A stretch of 64,000 nucleotides of DNA from Candidatus Woesearchaeota archaeon (GCA_018696595.1 JABHQW010000008.1:256001-320000); one strand, 5' to 3'; counted from the first letter of the stretch, positions 1 to 9,957 are shown. The notes: generated by a model not told the origin, from the letters alone. Program-made: numbers and translations.

Positions 1-1
1 T

Positions 2-157
2 AGTTCTGGAGAAACTGTAACAACTCCTTCCAAAGGTTATTCCTCAAAAGGCTTGGTAGTTTATGAATCTAGTTCTGAGAAAGCCAAGAAAGTAATTCCT
101 TATTTGTTGGTTGTTGTTTTTGTGTTGATTTGTTTTGTACTGGTAAAGAAGCAATAG
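2..157 (+). CDS. 3' end of a protein with C-terminal hydrophobic anchor (partial, starts before window)
   Basis: Hand translation: open frame SSGETVTTP...KKVIPYLLVVVFVLICFVLVKKQ*, stop TAG at 155-157. Confidence 0.65.
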   Translation, partial: SSGETVTTPSKGYSSKGLVVYESSSEKAKKVIPYLLVVVFVLICFVLVKKQ

Positions 158-164
158 TTTGGAT

Positions 165-947
165 TTACCACAATAAATCTGAAGAATCTTTTTGCATCAT
201 AAACATTTGATCATTAAAATACCAAAAAACTAATGTTTTATCTTTTGGTTTAAGTTTTGTTAAAAGGGTATAATTCTTCATATTTATACCATGTAACATG
301 ATGTAATCTACGCCCATCTCTTCCATCTCTTGATAGAATTTTTCAACTAAATATTCGGAGGGCAAATAAGTTACTGGATGCAATAAGTAAATTTTTCCTG
401 TTTTTAATTCTGGGTAATGTTCAGAGACATAATTAATAACCTCTGAGGAAATTGAACTAATTAAAATTAGATCCAAAATTCCTCTTTCTTTACAATCTTT
501 AATAATTAAATCTACTATTTCTTTATCATCTTCAAAATTTCCTTGAGATTTGATTTCAATATTGACTCTTTTCTTGTTGCCTATTAAGTTCATTACTTCT
601 TCATAAAGAGGGATGTGATATGTACTAATCTCAGAAAGTTCTAAGTAAGTTAAATCTGAAATCTTAGCGTGATTATTTTGCATACGAAATAAAGTTAGAT
701 CATGAAAAACTACTATTTGTTTATCTTTGCTATATTGTATATCAAATTCGATAAATTCATATTTTGAATCTTCTAATGCATTGTTTATGGCAGAAATGGT
801 GTTTTCAGAATAATCTACAGAGTTGCCTCTGTGGGCCCCTAAAACCAAAGGAAATTCACTCTCGGCATTTATACTAGGCACATATGATAACGTCATGGCT
901 AGATAAATTACGATAACTAATGTTGCAATTTTAATATTTTTCTTCAT
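165..947 (-). CDS. Glycerophosphodiester phosphodiesterase (GDPD) family protein, N-terminal signal/anchor
   Basis: GAHRG, ENT, EFD...SKD...VVFHD, EIK motifs; likely start MKKNIKIATLVIVIYL at 947 rather than 1043. Confidence 0.85.
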   Translation of the reverse strand: MKKNIKIATLVIVIYLAMTLSYVPSINAESEFPLVLGAHRGNSVDYSENTISAINNALEDSKYEFIEFDIQYSKDKQIVVFHDLTLFRMQNNHAKISDLTYLELSEISTYHIPLYEEVMNLIGNKKRVNIEIKSQGNFEDDKEIVDLIIKDCKERGILDLILISSISSEVINYVSEHYPELKTGKIYLLHPVTYLPSEYLVEKFYQEMEEMGVDYIMLHGINMKNYTLLTKLKPKDKTLVFWYFNDQMFMMQKDSSDLLW

Positions 948-1056
948 AATAGTATTAATGGCTTCTCCCTTTATAAATGTTTTGTATTTTAGTCCTTGTT
1001 CAGTAGTAACAAGGAGTTCAGAAACACTTAAAAACCAATTCAAATTATCATTAATT

Positions 1057-1629
1057 ATGGTTAAAAATATATTATTTAGGGCTGTAATTGAGGTTTTAGG
1101 AAAGCCAGAAGAACATGTAGAAAAATCTCTTAAAAAGTTTGTTGGTAATTTAAAGAAAGATGAAGATTTTAAAGTTACTAGTGAAGATTATGCTCAAATA
1201 AAAAAACAAGATGAACAAGAACTTTGGGCAGGATTTGCTGAAATCGAAGCATCAACTAATAACATTGACAATTTAGTACGTTTTTGTTTTGATTATATGC
1301 CTTCAATGATTGAAATCATTGAACCAAAAGAATTGAAACTTAGTGAAACAGATCTTTCTCATTTTTTGAACAGTTTACAAGCAAGATTACATAATATTGA
1401 TATGGTAGCTAAGCAAGTTAAGTTTGAAAATGATCAACTGAAAAGAAACATGACTGGATTGTTAAGAAATTATTTACTTGTTTTATTAAATAATAAAAGT
1501 TTTAGTTCTGAGCAATTAAGTAAATTTACAGGAGTAAAGCAAGAAAAATTAGAAGATTATTTAGATCAATTAATTGATGAAGGAAGGGTTGAATTAAAAG
1601 ATGGTGTTTATTCAGCTAAAAAAAAATAA
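1057..1629 (+). CDS. Conserved archaeal hypothetical protein with probable C-terminal winged helix
   Basis: Start at ATG 1057 (MVKNILFRAVIEVLGKP); C-terminus FSSEQLSKFTGV...LDQLIDEGRV resembles a wHTH. Confidence 0.6.
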   Translation: MVKNILFRAVIEVLGKPEEHVEKSLKKFVGNLKKDEDFKVTSEDYAQIKKQDEQELWAGFAEIEASTNNIDNLVRFCFDYMPSMIEIIEPKELKLSETDLSHFLNSLQARLHNIDMVAKQVKFENDQLKRNMTGLLRNYLLVLLNNKSFSSEQLSKFTGVKQEKLEDYLDQLIDEGRVELKDGVYSAKKK

Positions 1630-1659
1630 ATTAAATTTTTTAAAAAGAGGGTACACAAA

Positions 1660-2277
1660 ATGACTAATCAAAAAAAAGTAGAAGCAGTTCTATTTGCAGT
1701 TGGTAAAGAAATAACTTCTGAACGAATTGCTAATCTTTGTTCTTTAGAAATTAAAGAAGTAAATAAAGTTATGAAAGCGCTTACTAAAGATTATGAACAA
1801 AGCGATAATGCTTTAAAAATTGAAGCAAGAGATAATGGTTGGAAATTAACTGTTCAAGATAAATATGTTCCTCTTGTTAGTAATTTAGTTTCTTCATTAG
1901 AATTAGAGAAACCATTAATGGACACGTTGGCAGTCGTTGCTTGGAAATATCCAATCGTGCAATCAGAAATTATTAAGTTGCGTGGTTCTGGCGCTTATGA
2001 TCATATGCGAGAATTAGTAGAAATGGGTTTTATTGCTAAAGAGAAGTTTGGCCGAACCTATAAAGTTAAATTATCTCAGAAATTCTTTTCTTATTTTGAT
2101 CTCCCTTCAGAAGAGGCTAAGCAAGCCTTTTTGAAAGAAGTCCCTGCAGAGGTTTTAGAAGAAGCTGGTGCTGTTGAGAAAGAAGCAGAGGAAGTAGAAC
2201 GGCTAGTTGAACTTGAAGGAAAAGAAAAGGCTGGGAAGGACGAGATTGGTTCTGCTATGGATGAACTTCAAAAGTAG
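1660..2277 (+). CDS. scpB: Segregation and condensation protein B
   Basis: VEAVLFA, ETLAVVAWKYP-like DTLAVVAWKYPIVQSEIIKLRG, YKVKLSQKFFSYF. Confidence 0.88.
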   Translation: MTNQKKVEAVLFAVGKEITSERIANLCSLEIKEVNKVMKALTKDYEQSDNALKIEARDNGWKLTVQDKYVPLVSNLVSSLELEKPLMDTLAVVAWKYPIVQSEIIKLRGSGAYDHMRELVEMGFIAKEKFGRTYKVKLSQKFFSYFDLPSEEAKQAFLKEVPAEVLEEAGAVEKEAEEVERLVELEGKEKAGKDEIGSAMDELQK

Positions 2278-2386
2278 ATTAGTTTTCTTGTTTTTTATTC
2301 TATAAAACCACAACATTTATAAAGCCCCCTACTCTATTATTTTTAGGGTTTTATCGTCGATAAAAGAGGAAAATCAATTATTAACA

Positions 2387-4990
2387 ATGGAAGAAACAGC
2401 ACCACAAAAAAGTGAGAAAATTGTACCTAAAGTCATCGAAGAAGAGATGAAAGAAGCTTACGTTAATTATGCCATGTCTGTAATTATTGGCCGGGCACTT
2501 CCAGATGTGAGAGATGGATTAAAACCGGTTCACCGAAGAATTCTTTATGCAATGCACGATCTGGGAATGTTTTACAATAAATCATCTAAGAAGTGTGCCC
2601 GAATTGTTGGTGATGTTTTGGGTAAGTATCATCCTCATGGTGATGCTTCGGTTTATGACGCTTTAGTTCGGATGGCTCAAAGTTTTTCTTTACGTTACCC
2701 TTTAATTAAAGGTCAAGGTAATTTTGGTAGTTTAGATGGGGATAAAGCAGCAGCTTACAGATATACTGAAGCAAAATTACAAAAGTTAGCTAATGAAATG
2801 CTTAAAGATATTGAGAAAAATACTGTTGATTTTAAAGATAACTTTGATGGTTCATTAAAAGAACCAGTAGTTTTACCTAACAAATTACCTAACTTATTAG
2901 TTAACGGTTCTACAGGAATTGCAGTTGGAATGGCTACAAATATTCCTCCTCATAATGTTGGCGAGATTTGTGAAGCAACAATTGCAATCATTGACAATCC
3001 TGAAATTAGTGTTGAAGACTTAATGGAAATTATTCCTGGCCCTGACTTTCCAACTGGTGGAGAAGTTTCATGTGGAAATGCTTTATGGCACGCTTATGCA
3101 AAAGGTAAAGGTAAAGTTGTAATTAAAGCGGTTGTTGAGATTGAAGATGATAAAATTATTGTTAAAGAAATTCCTTACATGGTTAACAAAGCGGAACTGA
3201 TTGAACATATTGCTTTGTTAGTTAGAGATAAAAAGATTTTAGGAATTAGAAATATTAATGATGAATCTGATCGGGAAGGTATCCGGGTTGTTATTGATTT
3301 GAAAAGAGATGCTGATTCACAGGTGATTTTGAATCAGTTGTACAAATATAGCAGATTAAAAGTTTCTTTTGGAATTAATTTACTTGCTTTGGTAGACAAT
3401 CAACCAAAAGTATTAGGAATAAAAGAAATAATGGAACTCCACATTAAGCATCGGAAAGAAGTTATTGTTAGAAGAACCCAATATGATTTAGATCAAGCTG
3501 AGAAAAAAATTCACATTTTGGATGGGTTATTAGTTGCTTTAAATAATATTGATGCAGTGATCCCGGGAATTAAGAACAGTAAAACCGTTGAAGAGGCTAA
3601 ACAGTTTTTAATGACAAATTATGACCTTTCTGAGATTCAGGCTAAAGCAATCCTTGAAATGAAATTACAAAAGTTAGCTTCTTTAGAACAGGAAAAAATT
3701 AGGTCTGAACATAAAGAATTATTGGAAAGAATTGCACATTATCAATCAATTTTATCTTCAGATGAAAAAGTATTAAATTTGATTAAAGAAGAATTAGCTG
3801 AGATAAATAGTAATTATGATGACGGAAGAAGATCAAAGATTGTTCAGGGAGAAGATGAAGATATTGATATGGAAGAATTGATTGAAGAAGAAACTGTTGT
3901 TGTTACTATGACTAATTCTGGTTATGTTAAAAGATTGCCTTTAGAAACTTACAAAGTTCAACATCGGGGTGGTAGAGGCGTCAAAGCAACGGGGATGAAA
4001 GATGAAGATTTTGTTGAGAAATTTTACGTAACCTCAACACACGCTTATATGTTATTTTTTACAGATCAAGGACAAGTTTATTGGTTAAAAGTTTACAATC
4101 TTCCTGAAGGGAGTAGACAAGCTCGAGGGAGACATCTTGCTAACTTATTAGAACTTAACGAAGGAGAAAATATTAATGCCGTAATTCCTGTAAGAGACTT
4201 TAAAGAAGGTTATTTATTCTTTGCAACTAAACAAGGAACTGTTAAGAAAACAGAATTATTGAACTTTTCTAGGCCTCGAAAAGGTGGAATTAGGGCGATA
4301 AGTTTAGATGAAAATGATTCTTTAATTGGTGTTAAATACACTGGTGGCGATAAAGAGATTCTTTTAGCTACTAAGAACGGGCTTGCTAATCGATTTAGAG
4401 AGAAAGATGTTCGTTCAATGGGTAGAACTGCTCGAGGGGTTAGAGGAATTAAGTTAAGAGAAAATGATGAAGTTATTGGTATGTTAGCAGCAGAAGAAGG
4501 TAAAGAAATTTTAACTTTAACTGAGAAAGGTTATGGTAAAAGAACCCCCGTTTCTGATTATCGGTTATGTAATCGTGGTGGAAGAGGGGTAACCAACATT
4601 AAAGTTACTGATAAAAACGGCCCCGCTAAAACTGTAAAGTTAGTTGACGGTTCTGAAGGATTAATGATTATGTCCAAGAATGGTATCGCGATTAGAATGA
4701 AATGTACAAGCATCTCTGTAATTGGAAGAGCAACTCAAGGAGTAAGGGTTATGCGTTTAAGTGAGAGTGACGAATTGGCGGCCGCTGCAAAGATTATTGA
4801 TGAAGATAATGATGATAAAGAACTTCCTTTAGTTGAAGAAGAAGAAAATAGTAATGGTGGTCCTGATGAAAATAGTGAAGATGACTTAGTTAATGATGAA
4901 TCTGCAGAAAGTGAAGGCCAAGATGATGAAGAAAATGAAGAGAGTAATGAAGATAATGAAGAATTAAATGAAGAGGAAAATAGTTCTTAG
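2387..4990 (+). CDS. gyrA: DNA gyrase subunit A with acidic C-terminal tail
   Basis: [22 protein letters not shown], catalytic RYTE, GyrA-box QHRGGRG, beta-pinwheel repeats, D/E-rich tail. Confidence 0.97.
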   Translation: MEETAPQKSEKIVPKVIEEEMKEAYVNYAMSVIIGRALPDVRDGLKPVHRRILYAMHDLGMFYNKSSKKCARIVGDVLGKYHPHGDASVYDALVRMAQSFSLRYPLIKGQGNFGSLDGDKAAAYRYTEAKLQKLANEMLKDIEKNTVDFKDNFDGSLKEPVVLPNKLPNLLVNGSTGIAVGMATNIPPHNVGEICEATIAIIDNPEISVEDLMEIIPGPDFPTGGEVSCGNALWHAYAKGKGKVVIKAVVEIEDDKIIVKEIPYMVNKAELIEHIALLVRDKKILGIRNINDESDREGIRVVIDLKRDADSQVILNQLYKYSRLKVSFGINLLALVDNQPKVLGIKEIMELHIKHRKEVIVRRTQYDLDQAEKKIHILDGLLVALNNIDAVIPGIKNSKTVEEAKQFLMTNYDLSEIQAKAILEMKLQKLASLEQEKIRSEHKELLERIAHYQSILSSDEKVLNLIKEELAEINSNYDDGRRSKIVQGEDEDIDMEELIEEETVVVTMTNSGYVKRLPLETYKVQHRGGRGVKATGMKDEDFVEKFYVTSTHAYMLFFTDQGQVYWLKVYNLPEGSRQARGRHLANLLELNEGENINAVIPVRDFKEGYLFFATKQGTVKKTELLNFSRPRKGGIRAISLDENDSLIGVKYTGGDKEILLATKNGLANRFREKDVRSMGRTARGVRGIKLRENDEVIGMLAAEEGKEILTLTEKGYGKRTPVSDYRLCNRGGRGVTNIKVTDKNGPAKTVKLVDGSEGLMIMSKNGIAIRMKCTSISVIGRATQGVRVMRLSESDELAAAAKIIDEDNDDKELPLVEEEENSNGGPDENSEDDLVNDESAESEGQDDEENEESNEDNEELNEEENSS

Positions 4991-4993
4991 ATT

Positions 4994-5938
4994 ATGAAAA
5001 TATTTATCTTAGTCAATCCCGGAATGGAAGAAGTTGCTCAGCAAGAAGTTAAAGAGTTAGCTAATGTTTCTGCTAAGGTTTATGATTCTGTTTTAGAAGT
5101 TGAAGTTGATGATTATTCTAAATTAAAAAAATTACAATCAGCAAGAAGAGTTTTAGTTTCTTTAGGTAAAGGATTAGAAACTTTTGATAATGATGATTGG
5201 AAAAATCATTTTTCTGCTGACAAATTGTTTAAAGTTGAGATTGAAAATGTTAAGGGTCAAGAAAATCGTTTAGAACTTGCTAGAAAAGTTGCAGGGATGG
5301 TTTATGCTGAATTAGATTTTGAACCAAAATTAGAATTGAAAAAGCCAGAGATGTTGGTTATAGTTTATTTTAATGGTAAAGATTATTTTGTTGGGGTCGA
5401 TGAGAATGTTGAAGAATTAAATTCTCGTTCTTATCGGGTGTTTGCTCATTCTGCTTCCTTTAAGGGTGATCTGGCTTATTATTTTGTTAGAAAGTCTGGG
5501 TTTAAGAAAGGTGAGAAACTACTTGTTGGTTTTTGTAAAGATGGCACTTTAGCAATTGAAGCTGCTTTGTTTTCTGGGGAGAAGGTTTTTTCTTTTGATG
5601 AAAGCAGACAGAACATTACTGCTTCTAGGAAGAATGCCCAACTTGCTACTGTAAAAGATTTAGTTGAATCCCAAAAATATGCTTTGGATGAATTAGATGT
5701 TCGGTTTTCTGAAAAAGAGTTTGATTGTTTTATTTTACAAATTACTACTAAAGATGAGGGCAAATTGAATGAGATTTATTATCAAGCTAGTTATATTCTT
5801 AAGAAAGGCGGACGAATATTTATTATTGGTAGGGAAAATTGGGAATTATCTGTTTCTGAAAAGTTTAAGTTAATTTTTGAAGACACGGTTAAGAAAGGCG
5901 ATAGTGTGCATAAGTTCTGGCTAATGGAAAAGAAGTAG
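4994..5938 (+). CDS. THUMP-domain RNA methyltransferase homolog (Trm14/UPF0020-like), motifs degenerate
   Basis: N-terminal PGMEEVAQQEV, RSYRVFAHSASFKGDLA, GFCKDGTLAIEAA in place of DPMCGSGT. Confidence 0.65.
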   Translation: MKIFILVNPGMEEVAQQEVKELANVSAKVYDSVLEVEVDDYSKLKKLQSARRVLVSLGKGLETFDNDDWKNHFSADKLFKVEIENVKGQENRLELARKVAGMVYAELDFEPKLELKKPEMLVIVYFNGKDYFVGVDENVEELNSRSYRVFAHSASFKGDLAYYFVRKSGFKKGEKLLVGFCKDGTLAIEAALFSGEKVFSFDESRQNITASRKNAQLATVKDLVESQKYALDELDVRFSEKEFDCFILQITTKDEGKLNEIYYQASYILKKGGRIFIIGRENWELSVSEKFKLIFEDTVKKGDSVHKFWLMEKK

Positions 5939-5949
5939 GTTGTAGTTAT

Positions 5950-6091
5950 TATAAAACCCTCACCATTGCCATAAGGTCAAAATTCTAACAAATTTAACAT
6001 TTAGTGCGTTACGAGGGGACGCTCCATCCGGGAACGTAGCACTATCAAAAACCAAAACGAGAATTTTGAAGGCAAAGAAGAGGGTTTTATA
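5950..6091 (-). repeat. 142-bp nested imperfect palindrome (rod-like hairpin)
   Basis: Arms TATAAAACCCTC/GAGGGTTTTATA, TTGCC/GGCAA, TCAAAATTCT/AGAATTTTGA, TAGTGC/GCACTA, TACG/CGTA; strand inferred from G.U/U.U pairs possible only on minus. Confidence 0.85.
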
Positions 6092-6143
6092 TTTACCTTG
6101 AAAAACAAATTATTTATATAGCTAAACCTTTTTATTTATAGTA

Positions 6144-6884
6144 ATGGTTAGCACTAAAGAGAATATTGAAAGATTGAAAGAATACTTTCGTTACAGCAAA
6201 CAAGAATTAGTAGGAATAATTGTAGCGATTATTGTTTTTGGTTTTCTGTTTTCATTTAGAGATTGGGGTGAAGAACAGTTCGATTTAATGTTTGGGTTGA
6301 AAAACTTGTTCCTAGCACTTCTTGTTGTAGCAATATCATTCTTCTTCAGATTATCCAGTCAAAAGATTTATGCTCTAACTCAAGGCCAGAAAGCAGAATA
6401 TAAAGTTTGGTGGGCAGGAATAGTAGTTTCTTTAATTATTGGTTTTATTACTTTAGGAAGAGTGCCTTTGGTTTTAGCAGGGGGAATGATTTCTGCTTTT
6501 ATGGTTAAACAAAGGTTGGGAGAATTCAGATACGGTTTCTCACATTGGGTAATGGCGATAACCGCAATGTGGGGTTTATTTGGGAATTTAATTTTAGCGA
6601 TTTTATTTGCAGTTGGATTATATGCTATGCCCCAAAGTTATTTCTTTTTGTTAGGGATGCAATTTAATTTAATGATGGCTTTCTGTGCTTGGTTACCATT
6701 CCCACAACAGGATGGATTAAGTTTATTTTTTGGTTCAAGGAAAATGTTTGCGATTGGAATTGTAATGGTTCTTTTAGCTGCAGTATTATTATTAACAAGA
6801 ACAAAGGGGGGATTGATCGCTGCAATTGTAATAGGTTTAGCTGTCGCTATTGGTTATATTGCAATCGGATCTGAAAAAGATTAA
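6144..6884 (+). CDS. Membrane protein, M50 (site-2) peptidase-like fold lacking HExxH
   Basis: Multiple TM segments; AEYKVW, GLFGNLILA, FCAWLPFPQQDG align to archaeal M50 homologs; HExxH position reads FRLSSQK. Confidence 0.55.
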   Translation: MVSTKENIERLKEYFRYSKQELVGIIVAIIVFGFLFSFRDWGEEQFDLMFGLKNLFLALLVVAISFFFRLSSQKIYALTQGQKAEYKVWWAGIVVSLIIGFITLGRVPLVLAGGMISAFMVKQRLGEFRYGFSHWVMAITAMWGLFGNLILAILFAVGLYAMPQSYFFLLGMQFNLMMAFCAWLPFPQQDGLSLFFGSRKMFAIGIVMVLLAAVLLLTRTKGGLIAAIVIGLAVAIGYIAIGSEKD

Positions 6885-6885
6885 A

Positions 6886-7230
6886 ATGGGTCTTAAATTA
6901 GATGAAAATTGGGCAGAAGTTATTGCAGTGTTCTTTTTAGTTCTCGGCTTTGTTATCTCTGCTTTACTACATAATGCAATTATTACTTTCTTATCTGTTG
7001 TAATAGCTGGTTTTTTAGCGGGGAGAATTTATTATTTGAAACGGTTTGCAGAACCAACATTACCTCTTATTTTGATTATTCTTGGTTTCTTTATTGGTTA
7101 TCTGTTGGGCAGTTTTTGGGCTAGTAGGTTATGGGTAATCATCTTTTTTGTTGTTTCTTTTGGGTTGTCCTATTACTTACATCTGAAAGGAATTTTCGTA
7201 ACATTTAAAAGTGAGAAGTTCATCAAGTAA
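6886..7230 (+). CDS. Small 4-TM membrane protein
   Basis: Start ATG 6886 (MGLKLDENWAE); four hydrophobic segments; 1 nt after upstream stop. Confidence 0.7.
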   Translation: MGLKLDENWAEVIAVFFLVLGFVISALLHNAIITFLSVVIAGFLAGRIYYLKRFAEPTLPLILIILGFFIGYLLGSFWASRLWVIIFFVVSFGLSYYLHLKGIFVTFKSEKFIK

Positions 7231-7234
7231 GGAT

Positions 7235-7528
7235 ATGGAAACTTACAAAGCAAAAAGTATTACGATTAGTAGAAAACCGGGCACGGACAAAGATGGGTTT
7301 TGGACCGCATTTATTGGTTTATTTGAAGATAATAACCCTCATTTGAAAGCTAAAGCCCCAATTAAAGTTTTAGAGATTGAAGAAGTAGAGAAAGTACGTC
7401 TTCATGACTTACGTAATGTTTCTTATTATCTTCTGGGAAATGATATTGTAATTAACAATCTTGTAGAATTAAATACTGAGTATAAAGATAATATTCTTAC
7501 TTTAACAGGGAAACAGAACTTGAAATAG
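7235..7528 (+). CDS. Hypothetical protein
   Basis: ATG 7235 preceded by AAGGA; operonic spacing. Confidence 0.65.
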   Translation: METYKAKSITISRKPGTDKDGFWTAFIGLFEDNNPHLKAKAPIKVLEIEEVEKVRLHDLRNVSYYLLGNDIVINNLVELNTEYKDNILTLTGKQNLK

Positions 7529-7601
7529 GATGTACTTGTAGATGCGCTGAGTTTATTCACTGGCCAATAATCTTATAAAATAATAATTTATTCTATCACC
7601 T

Positions 7602-8348
7602 ATGGATATAATTACTTTACTAATAGTCTTTGTAATTGGATTTTTTGCTAGATTGCTTTCTAATCTTGCTGGAGGGGGGGCTGGTTTAATAGAGGCCCCG
7701 TTATTGTTGATGTTAGGTGTTCCTCCCAAAATGACCGTTGCAACAAGAAAATTTTCTGCCATTGGTGGTCATGGGATTGCTGCATATCAATTTCATAAAT
7801 TTAAGAAGATACATTGGAAAGTTGCTATCATTCTTGCTGTAATTACTGTTTTTGCTACAATTATTGGAGCCAATATCTTAATCTCAGTTAATGAAGATTT
7901 AGTAAAAAATCTTATTGCTATAATGATGTTGGTTGCATTACCATTTACTTTTTTTAAGAAATCATTTGGAATGAAAAGAAAAATATTTTCTAAATCAAAA
8001 GAGATTATTGGTTATGTTGTTAATTTCTTTATTTTTATTATTGATTCTTTTATTGGTGTTGGGGGCGGTCTTCTTTCCAGTTTATCTATTATTATTTTTA
8101 TGGGTTTAACTTATTTGGAAGTAAATGCAATAAGAAGAATAACTGGTTTAACATTAGCCATTGTTGGCAGTATAATTTTCGCATTCTATGGATTAATAGA
8201 TTGGGTTGTAGGGTTCTCTTTAATGATGGGCGGCATTTTAGGGGGGTATTTGGGCGCTAACATTGCAATTAAAAAAGGTAGTGCATTAGTAAAAGTAGTG
8301 TTTACAATTGTGGTAGTGGTATCCGTAATTAAATTATTATTTTTCTAG
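7602..8348 (+). CDS. Sulfite exporter TauE/SafE (TSUP) family membrane protein
   Basis: LAGGGAGLIEAPLLLMLGVPPKMTVAT and IGVGGGLL repeats, GGILGGYLGA. Confidence 0.85.
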   Translation: MDIITLLIVFVIGFFARLLSNLAGGGAGLIEAPLLLMLGVPPKMTVATRKFSAIGGHGIAAYQFHKFKKIHWKVAIILAVITVFATIIGANILISVNEDLVKNLIAIMMLVALPFTFFKKSFGMKRKIFSKSKEIIGYVVNFFIFIIDSFIGVGGGLLSSLSIIIFMGLTYLEVNAIRRITGLTLAIVGSIIFAFYGLIDWVVGFSLMMGGILGGYLGANIAIKKGSALVKVVFTIVVVVSVIKLLFF

Positions 8349-8379
8349 AATAATTGTGGTTTTCATTATCCAGCCAGAT

Positions 8380-8793
8380 CTATTTATTTTCCAAAAAAAT
8401 ATTGATCTTATATTGCAAATAATAGAACGAGAAGAAAAAAGTAGCAGCAGCTGAAAGATTTGTTTTGTAATGTTCATTCATGATTCTTCGAACTTTAAAT
8501 GCCATAACCAACATAGTAATTCCACCTACTAAATTAATTATGGAATCAGCCCCATCAATCATAGCTCCTATTTCTGTTCCCATAAACAATATTGAAGGGA
8601 TTAATATTATTGCGGATATTATAAAAAGAACTAAAACAAAGATAATTGGGCCCTTGTTAATTTTTTCTTTTGAGTTTAGATTATTAAATACATTTTTACG
8701 ATTTAAAAACCAAACTGGGATATAAATTCCATAAGTAATGATTGTGAGAAAAATCATTAGTAACACACTTTTTTTTTGTAATTGTATATCCAT
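8380..8793 (-). CDS. DUF4234-like membrane protein
   Basis: SVLLMIFLTIITYGIYIPVWF ... FFFSFYYLQYKIN pattern. Confidence 0.65.
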   Translation of the reverse strand: MDIQLQKKSVLLMIFLTIITYGIYIPVWFLNRKNVFNNLNSKEKINKGPIIFVLVLFIISAIILIPSILFMGTEIGAMIDGADSIINLVGGITMLVMAFKVRRIMNEHYKTNLSAAATFFFSFYYLQYKINIFLENK

Positions 8794-8845
8794 AAAAGCT
8801 ATATTAACTTTGAATTTATATAAATGTTTTGAAAATATTCTTTTA

Positions 8846-9007
8846 ATAGAATGGTGGGTTGTTAAGAATGGACATTACACTGGCTTCTTCTCAAAAAAAG
8901 ATATTCAAGAATTTTTCGGTAAAGATTTCAAAATAATTAAAACATACGAATTTAAGAGTGAAGGATCACCTTTAGTTGTCAGAGCATTTTATATGCAGCG
9001 ACGTTAG
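8846..9007 (+). pseudogene. 3' remnant of a gene, resembling the C-terminus of a SAM-dependent methyltransferase
   Basis: NGHYTGFFSKKDIQEFFGKDFKIIKTYEF...MQRR* with no credible start; upstream part of ORF 8738 is the antisense of the neighbour and its promoter. Confidence 0.4.
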
Positions 9008-9126
9008 TGCGTGGCACTCTTGAACTCATTCTAAATTAAGCTTATACTATTGTTATAGGCTAATTCTGACCCACTCCCGCACTAGACAACCTTGGAAAGA
9101 ATATATAAATAAGTTCTAGCACTAGA
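9003..9126. repeat. Inverted/direct repeat cluster upstream of recombinase (candidate recombination or operator site)
   Basis: TAGTGCG 9005-9011 / CGCACTA 9078-9084; inner AATTAAGCTTATA-CTATTGT-TATAGGCTAATT; direct GCACTAGA at 9079 and 9119. Confidence 0.55.
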
Positions 9127-9132
9127 TATAAC

Positions 9133-9957
9133 ATGGATGTTCAGAATTTAGTGAAAAAGGAAGCTCTCAGAAGAGGATTAAGCAAAAAAACGATTGATAC
9201 TTACAATAATTGTTTAAGTAAATTTTTTAGAATAATCAGAAAGGATCCTAAAAAACTAACTAAGAAAGATATTTTAAATTATATTGATGGGTTGGTTGAA
9301 AGGAAAGCGCCAGGGAATACAATTAATGTTTATCTTAACGCCTTAAAATTCTTTTATGAACAAGTGTTAAAAAGAAAACTAACAGTAAACATTAAATTTC
9401 ATAAAAAAAGGAAATATCTCCCCACTTTTTTAACAAAGGAAGAAGTAAATTTATTCTTCTCAAAAATAAAAAACAGAAAACATCTATTAATGGTAACCTT
9501 ACTTTATTCTGCAGGATTAAGAGTCGGGGAACTAGTTAAACTAAAAGTGCAAGATTTAGATCTTTACAATAATTATGGGTGGGTCAGACAAGGGAAAGGT
9601 AACAAGGATCGATTGTTTATACTTTCACAAAGAATTAAAGACGAACTGATTAACTGGATCCAAGAAAAAGAATTAGAACAAAAAGATTACTTATTCACTG
9701 GAAACAATAAACACATAAATTATAGTATTGAAAGCATCCAGCAAATAATCAAGAAAGCAGCAAAAATTTCTAGAATCGGAAAAAACATCCACCCTCATAC
9801 TTTAAGACACAGTTTTGCTACTCACTTGATCCAGAACGGCAATTCTGTATTTGAAGTACAACAACTATTGGGCCATAATAATGTTAACACTACAATGATA
9901 TACTTACATATGGCTTCTCCAGACCTATTAAAAATAAAAAGCCCTTATGATAATTAG
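9133..9957 (+). CDS. Xer-like tyrosine recombinase with N-terminal SAM-like domain
   Basis: GLR, GKG, HTLRHSFATHL, LGH, TMIY catalytic set; no IntI-specific insertion. Confidence 0.92.
   Translation: MDVQNLVKKEALRRGLSKKTIDTYNNCLSKFFRIIRKDPKKLTKKDILNYIDGLVERKAPGNTINVYLNALKFFYEQVLKRKLTVNIKFHKKRKYLPTFLTKEEVNLFFSKIKNRKHLLMVTLLYSAGLRVGELVKLKVQDLDLYNNYGWVRQGKGNKDRLFILSQRIKDELINWIQEKELEQKDYLFTGNNKHINYSIESIQQIIKKAAKISRIGKNIHPHTLRHSFATHLIQNGNSVFEVQQLLGHNNVNTTMIYLHMASPDLLKIKSPYDN

Noticed and set aside
2300-2370. ATAAAACC/GGTTTTAT and TTTTATCG-T-CGATAAAA dyads before gyrA
   Set aside because: Short and AT-rich, overlapping promoter sequence; expected by chance at this composition
9003-9957. Classical integron (IntI with attC)
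   Set aside because: Recombinase lacks the IntI-specific insertion and the palindrome has GTT on the 5' arm, the reverse of attC order
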